Shown piece by piece: positions 14,780-23,020 of a stretch of DNA of 28,010 nucleotides. A program made the position numbers and the translations under genes. The DNA lies in the IMG/VR virus record IMGVR_UViG_3300017650_000002; one strand, written 5' to 3'. Each line of letters begins with the position of its first letter. Positions within the stretch are counted from its first letter, which is position 1. The DNA is from a virus. Lineage: Duplodnaviria; Heunggongvirae; Uroviricota; Caudoviricetes. Below the pieces are notes generated by a model, which was given only the letters and a program-made list of their open reading frames with translations, had not been told where the DNA came from and did not search any database.

Positions 14780-15796
14780 ATGGAAAAGAAAGTGTTGACA
14801 CAAATACAAACACCAAAGGAGAGCTACACAGTAGATTATCCTCAAGCAGTGAAAGCAGCACAAGAGCAAACCAGAATCATCTGGTTTGCTGAAGAGTTGG
14901 GTGTGGAGAAAGATGAAGGGGATATCCGCACAAAGTGCACAGAAGGTGAGCGTCACGGCATCACTACTGTGTTGAAGCTCTTCACTAAGTATGAGCTTAT
15001 GCTTGGTGGGGAAGAGTTTTGGGGCAGTAAAGTTCAGAAAATGTTCCCGCGCCCTGAGATTCAAAGGATGGCGTCAACTTTCAGCTTCATTGAGCTGGGG
15101 GTCCATGCTCCCTTCTACGATTTGATCAACAAGACTCTCTCTATCGCTACGGACGAGTTTTACAATTCTTGGAAGGATGACCCTGTACTAGTAGATCGTA
15201 TCAACTTTATTAGCGAATTCGCTGAGGAAGAGGACCCACTTCTAGCCACAGCAGCCTTCGCTTTTATGGAAGGTGCTGTTTTATTTAGTAATTTTGCTTA
15301 TCTAAAGAGCTTTAATTCTGGGGGATTTAATATGATTTCTCATATCACTTCAGGAATTGATGCTTCGGCAAAAGATGAAAACCAACATAGTATGGCAAGT
15401 GCTTGGCTACACAATCAGTGTAAGTCTGAGATGGAAGAAATGGGGCTTCTAACAAAGCATCAGAAGGAGAAATTGTCAAAATCCGTAAAGGACATTGCTA
15501 GGAAGGTTTATGAGCATGAAGAGCGGATCACGGACTTGATCTTTGAAAAAGGTGGTATTCGTACCATCACAAAGGAGAATATGCTACACTTCGTTCGAAA
15601 TCGTATTGATGTAGTTTTGTCTTACCTGAAGATGAAGCCATTGTTTGGCGATGCTCCAGGTGTTGTCAGTGAATGGTTTTATAATCAGTTATCGACATAC
15701 AAATATGCAGATTTCTTCTCGAATCAGCAAGTTCAATATGTCAGGAACTGGGCAAAGCATAAGTTATATTTTAAAGAGGAGTTAGTAAGTGGCTAA
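14780..15796 (+). CDS. nrdB: Class I ribonucleotide reductase small subunit
   Basis: Metal ligands in IELGVHAPFY (radical Tyr), FMEG and DENQH; acidic aromatic C-terminus. Confidence 0.92.
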   Translation: MEKKVLTQIQTPKESYTVDYPQAVKAAQEQTRIIWFAEELGVEKDEGDIRTKCTEGERHGITTVLKLFTKYELMLGGEEFWGSKVQKMFPRPEIQRMASTFSFIELGVHAPFYDLINKTLSIATDEFYNSWKDDPVLVDRINFISEFAEEEDPLLATAAFAFMEGAVLFSNFAYLKSFNSGGFNMISHITSGIDASAKDENQHSMASAWLHNQCKSEMEEMGLLTKHQKEKLSKSVKDIARKVYEHEERITDLIFEKGGIRTITKENMLHFVRNRIDVVLSYLKMKPLFGDAPGVVSEWFYNQLSTYKYADFFSNQQVQYVRNWAKHKLYFKEELVSG

Positions 15797-17483
15797 AAGT
15801 TTTGAAGAGTTGAGTCAAGAGCGTAAGAAGCTGCAAGCAGAGGGACTACTACCAGGTTGGTACACAAGTCAAGCTTGGCAAATGTTTTCAGCAAAGTATG
15901 CTGTGCCAGGGGAGAAAGCTGTAAAGGGTAGGTTTGAAACTATTGCAAAGACCCTCTCTAAGCATATGATCGGTAGTGAGAAAGAATGGGAAAATAAGTT
16001 TTTTGATTTGATGTGGAAGGGTTGGCTGTCTCCTGCAACCCCAGTGCTTGCAAATTGTGGAACAGATCGGGGTATGACAGTATCTTGCTCTGGGGGTTAT
16101 ATTGGAGACTCTATTGACTCTTTTTACACCAATCTACACGAACAAGCCGTACTGTCTAAGTATGGATTTGGGTGTTCAGGTCATTTCTCTCATATCCGTC
16201 CCCGTGGGTCTTCTATCAGTGTAGGCGGTAAAGCTTCGGGTGTTGTACCTGTAATTCTAGACTTCTCTACTATGGCGTCTAAGGTTAGTCAGGGAAGTTC
16301 TCGTCGTGGATCTACTGCATCCTACTTGCATATTGATCATGGGGATTTTGATGAGCTTATTGATGTTCTGGAGTCAGAGCCTGATGGTTTGAACATTGGC
16401 TGGATTGTCACCGATGATTTTATCACTCGCCTTAAGGCCAACGACCAAGACGCGCAACGTAGGTTCAATCGTGCTTTGTATGTCAAGTTGGTGACAGGAA
16501 AGGGTTATTTCTTTTTTGTGGACAAGGCAAATCGTCATCGGCCTCAGGTCTACAAAGACTTAGGGCTTGACATTAAGGCCAGTAACCTGTGTACAGAAAT
16601 TATGCTGCACAGCTCAGACAAGTACTCTTTCTCTTGCGTGCTGAGTAGTATGAATCTATACAAGTATGATGAGTGGAAAGACACAGATGCCATCTTTGAA
16701 GCAACTGTATTCTTAGATTGTGTTGTCTCCGACTTCCTAGAGAAATCACAGGGGATTCATGGGCTAGAGAAAGTAAGGGCCTTCACAGAAAGGGGTCGGG
16801 CTATTGGACTGGGCGCTCTAGGTTTCGGTAGCTATCTTCAAAAGAAGAGGATTCCTTTTGAAGCCCTTGATGCCATGTACCTGAATGACGAAATCTTCAC
16901 ACGTCTGGACGAAGAGACAAAGAGAGCAAGTGTATGGTTGGCTAAAGAGTTTGGAGAGCCTGAATGGTGCAAAGGTTATGGAATTCGTAACACCCACCTA
17001 ACAGCCTTGGCACCTAATAAGTCTTCTGCCATCCTTATGGGTGGTATAAGCGAGTCAGTGTTTCCTGATCCGGGGATGGTGTTTGAACAGGGCAGCAGTG
17101 CAGGAGGTTTGTTTAGGATCACACCAGAGTTCTATCAACTTATGATGGAACGCGGTAAGTATAGCCAAGATGTCATTGACTCCATCATCCAAAATGTTGG
17201 AAGTGTTCAAAAGCTGGACTGGCTAACCCCAGAAGAAAAGCTGGTGTTTCGAACAGCCTTTGAGGTTGACCAAGAGGTGATTTTGAGGTATGCTTCCCTA
17301 CGTCAGCCTAAGCTGTCTCAGGGGCAATCTCTGAACTTCTTTGTCTCGGAAGATGGAGATGAGGAGCGTATCGCACGTCTACACACCCTAGCCTTCTTGG
17401 ATGAGGATGTACTGGCCTTGTACTATATCTACTCTCGTAGTGGTGTAGTTGTTAACAACTCTTGTGTGGCTTGCGAGGGGTAA
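15789..17483 (+). CDS. nrdA: Class I ribonucleotide reductase large subunit (no ATP cone)
   Basis: SPATPVLAN, VSCS, SNLCTE, APNKSS, LYY and C-terminal CVACEG. Confidence 0.95.
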   Translation: MAKSFEELSQERKKLQAEGLLPGWYTSQAWQMFSAKYAVPGEKAVKGRFETIAKTLSKHMIGSEKEWENKFFDLMWKGWLSPATPVLANCGTDRGMTVSCSGGYIGDSIDSFYTNLHEQAVLSKYGFGCSGHFSHIRPRGSSISVGGKASGVVPVILDFSTMASKVSQGSSRRGSTASYLHIDHGDFDELIDVLESEPDGLNIGWIVTDDFITRLKANDQDAQRRFNRALYVKLVTGKGYFFFVDKANRHRPQVYKDLGLDIKASNLCTEIMLHSSDKYSFSCVLSSMNLYKYDEWKDTDAIFEATVFLDCVVSDFLEKSQGIHGLEKVRAFTERGRAIGLGALGFGSYLQKKRIPFEALDAMYLNDEIFTRLDEETKRASVWLAKEFGEPEWCKGYGIRNTHLTALAPNKSSAILMGGISESVFPDPGMVFEQGSSAGGLFRITPEFYQLMMERGKYSQDVIDSIIQNVGSVQKLDWLTPEEKLVFRTAFEVDQEVILRYASLRQPKLSQGQSLNFFVSEDGDEERIARLHTLAFLDEDVLALYYIYSRSGVVVNNSCVACEG

Positions 17484-17484
17484 T

Positions 17485-18015
17485 ATGAAGAGGAAGGCTA
17501 AGGATTACTATAAAGACAGTTGGGTTGACATTTTCCGATACGATCCTTCCTCGCCCTCTGGCTTAAGTTGGAAAGGCAGACAAGGGGAGAGACCCGCTGG
17601 GTGGCAATGCCCCGATGGAAGGTGGAAGGTTGAATACCTGCACAAGCCTATTCAGGTACATAGGGTTGTCTACTTTCTTAACCATCTTCATCTACACGAA
17701 GATTATGTTGTAGATCATATTGACCAAAACCCTTCTAATAACCGTATTGATAACTTGAGGTTAGTGGAGTCTAAATTAAATTCCAGAAACAAGAAGAAAA
17801 GTCACTCGAATACCTCAGGAACTACCGGTGTATATGAAGTTCATGAGTGGGTGGCTACTTGGTCTGAGGATGGTCGTAATAGAAGTAAAGGTTTTAAGGT
17901 TTCTAAATATGGTGATAGAGCAAGGGAGGAAGCAGAAATCTATAGAGCTAAAAAGATAGAAAGTTTAAATAAATTAGGATATGGTTACACAAACACACAC
18001 GGTGAAAACCTATGA
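17485..18015 (+). CDS. HNH homing endonuclease with AP2-like C-terminal domain
   Basis: VHRVVY..VVDHIDQNPSNNRIDNLR..N, then NTSGTTGV...W.A.W; ATG 17485. Confidence 0.88.
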   Translation: MKRKAKDYYKDSWVDIFRYDPSSPSGLSWKGRQGERPAGWQCPDGRWKVEYLHKPIQVHRVVYFLNHLHLHEDYVVDHIDQNPSNNRIDNLRLVESKLNSRNKKKSHSNTSGTTGVYEVHEWVATWSEDGRNRSKGFKVSKYGDRAREEAEIYRAKKIESLNKLGYGYTNTHGENL

Positions 18016-18147
18016 AAGAGCAAGACTTTGGATATGATAAGCATGCTAGAGAGGGTTGGGATGGTTGAGGGGTATGCTATTGGTCGATGACCAAAAGACG
18101 TTCGGCCCTGGCCTATCGTCAAAGAACAAGACCTTGGAATTTAACGC

Positions 18148-18176
18148 TTGACAACAAAGCCCAGACACTGTACTAT
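18148..18176 (+). promoter_or_regulatory. Sigma70 promoter of the accessory operon
   Basis: TTGACA-17 bp-TACTAT. Confidence 0.8.
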
Positions 18177-18197
18177 GCAGTTCTGGGCTTTTCTTTT
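18156..18197 (+). terminator. Terminator hairpin whose loop contains the -10 hexamer
   Basis: AAAGCCCAGA-C-ACTG / CAGT-TCTGGGCTTT followed by TCTTTT. Confidence 0.75.
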
Positions 18198-18216
18198 ACC
18201 TAAACAAGGAGAACAA

Positions 18217-18462
18217 ATGAAATCTACTATTGAAATGAGTGAAGATATCCCACCTCACATGCCTTATCTGGCTGAACAAAAGGGCCATGAACGTGGACGC
18301 GTAGTTATGCTCTTCCCAGACAACACTGCAATTGTCGTGGCGGACGGGGAACACCACGCCTGGGGCCATCACATTGGTGAGAAAATTAAAATTGGTGGCG
18401 GTAACCTTTATCGACATGAACACTTTGAGGTGTTCCATGGCAAGATCACCCTCAGCAACTAA
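18217..18462 (+). CDS. Hypothetical protein, 'LSN-terminal' paralog family member 1
   Basis: AAGGAG RBS and ATG 18217; ends FEVFHGKITLSN. Confidence 0.85.
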   Translation: MKSTIEMSEDIPPHMPYLAEQKGHERGRVVMLFPDNTAIVVADGEHHAWGHHIGEKIKIGGGNLYRHEHFEVFHGKITLSN

Positions 18463-18472
18463 GAGGAAGACA

Positions 18473-18729
18473 ATGGTTAAAACTTGTATAAGTTGTAAGT
18501 TTCGAGAAAGGGAACATTGGGGTGAAGGGTTTTACGTAGACAGGTGTTCACACCCCGATGCGCATGCAGGTTATGATGTGGTAGATGGCACGGATCTAGG
18601 ACAGTTCCGTTGCAGGCACATGAGAGAGGAACATCTTAAGTGCGTCCTACGGGTAGGTGGTGGAAAGAGGCCCCTCCAAAACCTGTAGAAGCTAAGGTAG
18701 GTTGGATTAAACGAATTTTTGGAGGATAA
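18473..18729 (+). pseudogene. Cys-rich small protein with an apparent 1-nt deletion near 18644
   Basis: CISC..CSHP..CRHMR..C, continuing in the -1 frame as (G)PTGRWWKEAP...WIKRIFGG* whose stop abuts the next ATG. Confidence 0.65.
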
Positions 18730-19071
18730 ATGATCACCATCTATAAGTACCTGTTCCCTACATGTAATCCAAACTCAATTGCAGATGTAAGACTACCAAA
18801 GGGATCACAAGTAATTCGATTAGACCCTGAGGAAGGTCATGCCCTCTTGTGGGCCATTGTAGATACAGAAGCCCCTATCGTAACTCGCAGATTCGCCCTA
18901 CACAAAACCGGCAGCAATATGGATAAAACTATCAAAGAACTTCAAGTGGAAGATGGATGTGCTGAGCTATGGGCTAGAAGTCAGTATGTTGGTCGTTTAG
19001 GGATTTGGGCAGAAATGGAGCTTATGATGTACGTCTTTGACCTAGGAGAGGTAGATGAAATTTCTGGGTAG
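18730..19071 (+). CDS. Conserved phage hypothetical protein
   Basis: GGAGG RBS; TIYKY..LP.G..V...LWA.VD...RRF...TG pattern recalled from other phages. Confidence 0.8.
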   Translation: MITIYKYLFPTCNPNSIADVRLPKGSQVIRLDPEEGHALLWAIVDTEAPIVTRRFALHKTGSNMDKTIKELQVEDGCAELWARSQYVGRLGIWAEMELMMYVFDLGEVDEISG

Positions 19072-19654
19072 GGTCTACGCTAAGGCTTCTGAGATGTGTT
19101 TTGTGCAGTACATGCCCATAATGTTGCCACAGGACCGCACACTTTACCTACCTAAAAACCTAGGGTGGTCGGAAAGAATTATCCGGAGGGCTTACTTTGA
19201 TGCAGATATCGACAACCAGTATGTCTATCTGACTGCTAAACATCTTTGGGTGGACTCTTCAAATCCTGGAAACAGAAAAGGGTGGCACATCGATGCCTAC
19301 CTATCCGAAGATCAGAACTATGTCTGGTGCGATAGAAATCCTACGGAATATATACCCAGCCTAGATTCGTGGGAGTTCTCAGAGGACCATGAAAAATCTA
19401 TGGAAGAGATGGCCCAGGTAGCTCCTCTTGCCACTGTACGTGAAATCCCACTGAAGACTGTGGTAAATATGGAACGTACTGTCCACAGGGTCAAGGAAGA
19501 TATCTTGCCAGGGATGCGTACTTTTGTTAAAGTATCATTCTCAAAGCATAAATATAATCTTGAAGGTAATGCCCGTAACCCACTCCTAGATTTGGACTGG
19601 AAAATGTACCCACGAGGAGAGGGTAGGAATCATCCCTATATATTGGAGGAATAA
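19055..19654 (+). CDS. 2-oxoglutarate/Fe(II)-dependent oxygenase superfamily protein
   Basis: GWHID (HxD), distal VH and RTFVKVS (2OG-binding Arg). Confidence 0.7.
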   Translation: MKFLGRVYAKASEMCFVQYMPIMLPQDRTLYLPKNLGWSERIIRRAYFDADIDNQYVYLTAKHLWVDSSNPGNRKGWHIDAYLSEDQNYVWCDRNPTEYIPSLDSWEFSEDHEKSMEEMAQVAPLATVREIPLKTVVNMERTVHRVKEDILPGMRTFVKVSFSKHKYNLEGNARNPLLDLDWKMYPRGEGRNHPYILEE

Positions 19655-19905
19655 TGAAAGTAGTCGTTAAGAATGTGCAAGACGCTGATCGTGAACTGAC
19701 TTATCCCTGCCTAGGTAAGTTCAGCGACGAAGACACTGAATATGTGGTACTATTCTCAAAACCAAACCAAGGCATGGTTGTAGCTATCATACGCCAACCT
19801 GAGGATAGGCGTAGCCTATTCGTGGGGGAAATGTCCACTACAGACGAGTACTTTGTTGAGGGGGATTTCACCTATTTTACGGGTGAAGTCTCCCTGAGCA
19901 ATTGA
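19654..19905 (+). CDS. Hypothetical protein, 'LSN-terminal' paralog family member 2
   Basis: Ends DFTYFTGEVSLSN; YPCLGKF..EYVVLF..P..G.VV. Confidence 0.85.
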   Translation: MKVVVKNVQDADRELTYPCLGKFSDEDTEYVVLFSKPNQGMVVAIIRQPEDRRSLFVGEMSTTDEYFVEGDFTYFTGEVSLSN

Positions 19906-19914
19906 GGAGGATGT

Positions 19915-20499
19915 ATGATTACAGTTGATGTTCAAAAGTGGGAGGCGGATCAGATACTGAAAAAGGCAGAAGTCCTAGATCCAACTTGTATCATCGCTGG
20001 TGGAGCAGCGAGGGATTGGTATATGGGTCTAGTCGCAACAGATCTTGACCTGTTTATCCACTTCCCAGCCTTTCGCAAGCTGTGTCAAGTGGTAAAGCAA
20101 CTTCACTCTGTAGGGCTTACTGTCGATAAGGTACTAGGACCAGAAGAGTTTCCAGCAGGATATCGTCTGAACCCAAACATCTTATATGTGATGGAAGTTA
20201 CGACCGTTGAAGTAACTACCACTTGTCAAGTAATTGTCTACAGCAAACCAACTTTTGGAGTTGTAGAGCAGTTTCCGCTGTCCATTTGTCAGGCTTGGTA
20301 TAAAGGTGGTAAGATTAGGTTTACTAACGAGTTTGCAAGTTCTGTGAGAAACAAGGTTATTATTAGGACCAATAGTCTATATGCAGATGGGCACGCCTAT
20401 GTGGCAAAGATCCGTAATAAATTTCCGGGATACAAGTACTACGATTCCTGGGAGAGTTATGGTAAGATGTGTTTTCTCAAAAATATGGAGGAATTATGA
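19915..20499 (+). CDS. Nucleotidyltransferase (poly(A) polymerase/CCA-adding head-like)
   Basis: IIAGGAARDWYMG...TDLDLF motif. Confidence 0.8.
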   Translation: MITVDVQKWEADQILKKAEVLDPTCIIAGGAARDWYMGLVATDLDLFIHFPAFRKLCQVVKQLHSVGLTVDKVLGPEEFPAGYRLNPNILYVMEVTTVEVTTTCQVIVYSKPTFGVVEQFPLSICQAWYKGGKIRFTNEFASSVRNKVIIRTNSLYADGHAYVAKIRNKFPGYKYYDSWESYGKMCFLKNMEEL

Positions 20500-20735
20500 A
20501 AGTGGTATACAAGGATGGCGAAGCTGATGCACACACAGAGTATCCGTATTTGGCAGTATTTACTAACGATTTGAAAGGACTTGCACCAGAGGAACGGCTG
20601 TATGTGGTGTTTACAAATCCTGGAAGCGGTATCTGCGTAGGACCTAACCACCACGCAGAGTTTATGCTAGGAGCTGGAGATTGGAGTGAAGACAGTTTCA
20701 CACCCTACCACGGCCAGATTGTACTAAGTAACTAA
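20496..20735 (+). CDS. Hypothetical protein, 'LSN-terminal' paralog family member 3
   Basis: ATG 20496 with GGAGG RBS; ends SFTPYHGQIVLSN; YPYLAVF..LYVVFT.P..G. Confidence 0.85.
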   Translation: MKVVYKDGEADAHTEYPYLAVFTNDLKGLAPEERLYVVFTNPGSGICVGPNHHAEFMLGAGDWSEDSFTPYHGQIVLSN

Positions 20736-20744
20736 GGAGAGACA

Positions 20745-21809
20745 ATGACAACCAAGCAGCAAAAGGTAGCACTAGAGGCACTAGACGCAATGGACGATTT
20801 CTGCCGAATGGATATGAGTGTTGATCCCATCGGTCCACGTCGTGTGTTGGAAGAGTTCATCATCGCCAATGGGTCACAAGAGTTTCCTCGTGAGGAGAAG
20901 GCCCTGTTGAATATGACTGGAGAGCTGGTAGACCTACTGGAAACTACTGGGGCTATTATCGCTGGTGGGGCGATTACGTCCCTATTTACGGGGCAAGAGG
21001 TTAATGACCTGGACATCTACTTTCGTAGTAAGGAGTCCTTCAGCCGGTTTATGGCGGGCCTAATGTCTGGTGACTACGGGTATAGCACTATCGTCAACAT
21101 TACAGACCGCAGTGTGACAGCCACAGATCATCGGGAGATGAAGGGTCAATTCGTTGTCTTCCGGTTTTTTGAATCTGCACAGGATATCTTTGACACATTT
21201 GACTTCACAGCAAACATGGGTGCCTATGATTTTGAGTCTGGAAGCTTCGTGTTTGACAAGAATTTCTTTCGTCACAACAGCCAACGGTTTCTGGAAATTA
21301 ACACAAAGACTGCCTACCCACTGATTTCTGTGCTTCGTATCGAAAAATACCGTAAGAAGGGATACTCTACGAGTAAGGCTCAGTTGCTACGACTACTTCT
21401 AGCTGTCACTGAGCTAGATCTAAACTCGTGGGATGATGTTGTGGACCAAGTAGGCGGAATGTACGGGATTGACCCAGAGAAATTGTTTGATCGCACTGTT
21501 GATTTCTCTATTGATGCTGCGATTGAGCAACTTGGTAAGTTGGAGTCAATTGATAATAACATTCAATATGAAACTCTCTGCTTTGATGAGATTGGGAACA
21601 AGCTAAAGGATAAGCTTACACTGCAAGTGTATGAGATTCTTGATTCAATGAAGTCCGGCTATCGCAGCAGCGCAAACCAAAAGAAGCTGGAAGATATCTG
21701 TCATGGCACTGTAGAAGCCGTAACGCCGCCTGAGGAACTTCGTGGCATCGACTGGAACGTACCCCTAGATCAATCAAGTGGTAGGGACGAACCCGATGGA
21801 TTCTTTTGA
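20745..21809 (+). CDS. Second nucleotidyltransferase (354 aa)
   Basis: IIAGGAITSLFTGQEVNDLDIYF and IFDTFDFT motifs. Confidence 0.8.
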   Translation: MTTKQQKVALEALDAMDDFCRMDMSVDPIGPRRVLEEFIIANGSQEFPREEKALLNMTGELVDLLETTGAIIAGGAITSLFTGQEVNDLDIYFRSKESFSRFMAGLMSGDYGYSTIVNITDRSVTATDHREMKGQFVVFRFFESAQDIFDTFDFTANMGAYDFESGSFVFDKNFFRHNSQRFLEINTKTAYPLISVLRIEKYRKKGYSTSKAQLLRLLLAVTELDLNSWDDVVDQVGGMYGIDPEKLFDRTVDFSIDAAIEQLGKLESIDNNIQYETLCFDEIGNKLKDKLTLQVYEILDSMKSGYRSSANQKKLEDICHGTVEAVTPPEELRGIDWNVPLDQSSGRDEPDGFF

Positions 21810-21987
21810 ATATATCCCTCACAACTTCGTTAAGCGTAAATTTATGCCTTGGCTTTGTTGTAGGGGGTGCGGCCTTCTGTCCTTAAATAATCCATTTACG
21901 GAGTGGGCTATAAAGAAGGGCTGTGATAATTTTTACAGTCCAGCTTACAAGGCTACAAGAGCCAAATACACAGAATTAGGAGGATAG
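21796..21987 (+). CDS. Hypothetical protein (63 aa)
   Basis: Overlaps the previous stop; CRGC motif. Confidence 0.7.
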   Translation: MDSFEYIPHNFVKRKFMPWLCCRGCGLLSLNNPFTEWAIKKGCDNFYSPAYKATRAKYTELGG

Positions 21988-21988
21988 T

Positions 21989-22297
21989 ATGAGTTGTTTT
22001 AAGGTTCCCTCAGTCAGTAATTATCTGGACAGTGTAGACAGGGCAATCTCTAAGTTTTTAAATGCCCTTGGTGGTGGGTTTGCAGTTTGCACACACGATA
22101 TGAAGCTGAAGGCCAAAGTACACCACATTGGTGAGCATCTATACACTTGCGTAACAGACTACGAGCCTGAGAATTATTCCTATGAAGAGTTCAAATGTAC
22201 TAAGTGTGGTATTATGGAGAATCACTACACAGGGCACTATCGAGCGCAAGAACGCAAGATTGGCAAGTGGAGGATTCCAGAGTCTCTACAGTTTTGA
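21989..22297 (+). CDS. Hypothetical protein (102 aa)
   Basis: AGGAGG RBS; CTH...CTKC. Confidence 0.75.
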   Translation: MSCFKVPSVSNYLDSVDRAISKFLNALGGGFAVCTHDMKLKAKVHHIGEHLYTCVTDYEPENYSYEEFKCTKCGIMENHYTGHYRAQERKIGKWRIPESLQF

Positions 22298-22321
22298 TAC
22301 TTGATTTTATAGGATTTCGAC

Positions 22322-22380
22322 AATCCGCCTAGGGACGCATAGATATTTGCTTTTGTTCAAGTTCGACGTTTCTAGGGATT
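22322..22380. repeat. Imperfect intergenic inverted repeat (14 bp)
   Basis: AATCC(GC)CTAGGGACG / CGTTTCTAGGGATT. Confidence 0.5.
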
Positions 22381-22402
22381 TTGCATTATAATGAGGTATG
22401 GT

Positions 22403-22576
22403 ATGGATTCACTAAAGGACATGAGTAAAGAGGAGCTGTATTACTGGATGCTCCGACTACAAGACCTGAACTATCATGACTCCCCTGAGGACGGCCGCTT
22501 AAGGGTCAGAGTGAGCCAAGAGATATACGATAGACTTTCGATGTTGGAAGACATTCTTAAGGCTGTTTGCGACTAG
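22403..22576 (+). CDS. Hypothetical protein (57 aa)
   Basis: GAGG RBS before ATG 22403; last gene before the non-coding region. Confidence 0.7.
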   Translation: MDSLKDMSKEELYYWMLRLQDLNYHDSPEDGRLRVRVSQEIYDRLSMLEDILKAVCD

Positions 22577-22579
22577 GCG

Positions 22580-22693
22580 GATCAGGCCAGACCATTAGGT
22601 ACAGAGGTCAGGCCAGCCCATTATAGCGGGGTCAGGCTAGGCCATTATATAGATCCAGCTAGAGCATTATAAGGGTCAGGCTGGACCATTATA
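22580..22693. repeat. Array of five ~20-bp direct repeats, consensus GGTCAGGCYRGNCCATTATA
   Basis: Copies start at 22580, 22606, 22630, 22652 and 22674. Confidence 0.9.
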
Positions 22694-22698
22694 GGTAC

Positions 22699-22917
22699 AG
22701 AAATTTCTACAGATACCTCCCCTGCCCCGCCGGCTCGGGAGGATTTGTCACGTCTTGTTACAATTTTTACAGACTGTTACATTTAGAAGACGCCCAGGGC
22801 CGGTTTTCTCCCCTGCCGACACTTCGGGGCCATCGTTGCTCTATGCTGCTGCCTTCGTCCTTGGCATGTGTGTACTATAGCCTAGTTGAATCTACGTTGT
22901 CAAGAAATTTCTACAGA
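22699..22917. repeat. Exact 15-bp direct repeats AGAAATTTCTACAGA bracketing a GC-rich segment
   Basis: Copies at 22699-22713 and 22903-22917; internal repeat CTCCCCTGCC at 22717 and 22808. Confidence 0.8.
22874..22903 (-). promoter_or_regulatory. Leftward sigma70 promoter
   Basis: Minus strand TTGACA-18 bp-TATAGT; no credible ORF downstream. Confidence 0.65.
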
Positions 22918-23020
22918 AATATTGATTGAAATTTTCTATGGCCCTGATAGCTACAATCAATGGGACAGGTACAGAAAAAGTGATAAGATTCAGGATCAAA
23001 CAAACACATAGGACGCACAA

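Noticed and set aside
14780-15796. Assigning NrdB to a special RNR subclass because the first metal ligand appears to be Glu
   Set aside because: The radical Tyr is retained, and subclass assignment needs an alignment and phylogeny that cannot be run here.
18640-18729. Independent 29-aa GTG-start ORF or programmed -1 frameshift
   Set aside because: No slippery heptamer or stimulatory structure; the peptide reads as the natural C-terminus of the 18473 gene.
22580-22693. Repeat array as a mini-CRISPR array
   Set aside because: Inter-repeat gaps are only 2-6 nt, far too short for spacers; the repeats are degenerate and no cas genes are present.
22929-22957. Rightward promoter for the 23021 gene (TACAAT at 22952)
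   Set aside because: No acceptable -35 at 16-18 bp spacing and no extended -10.
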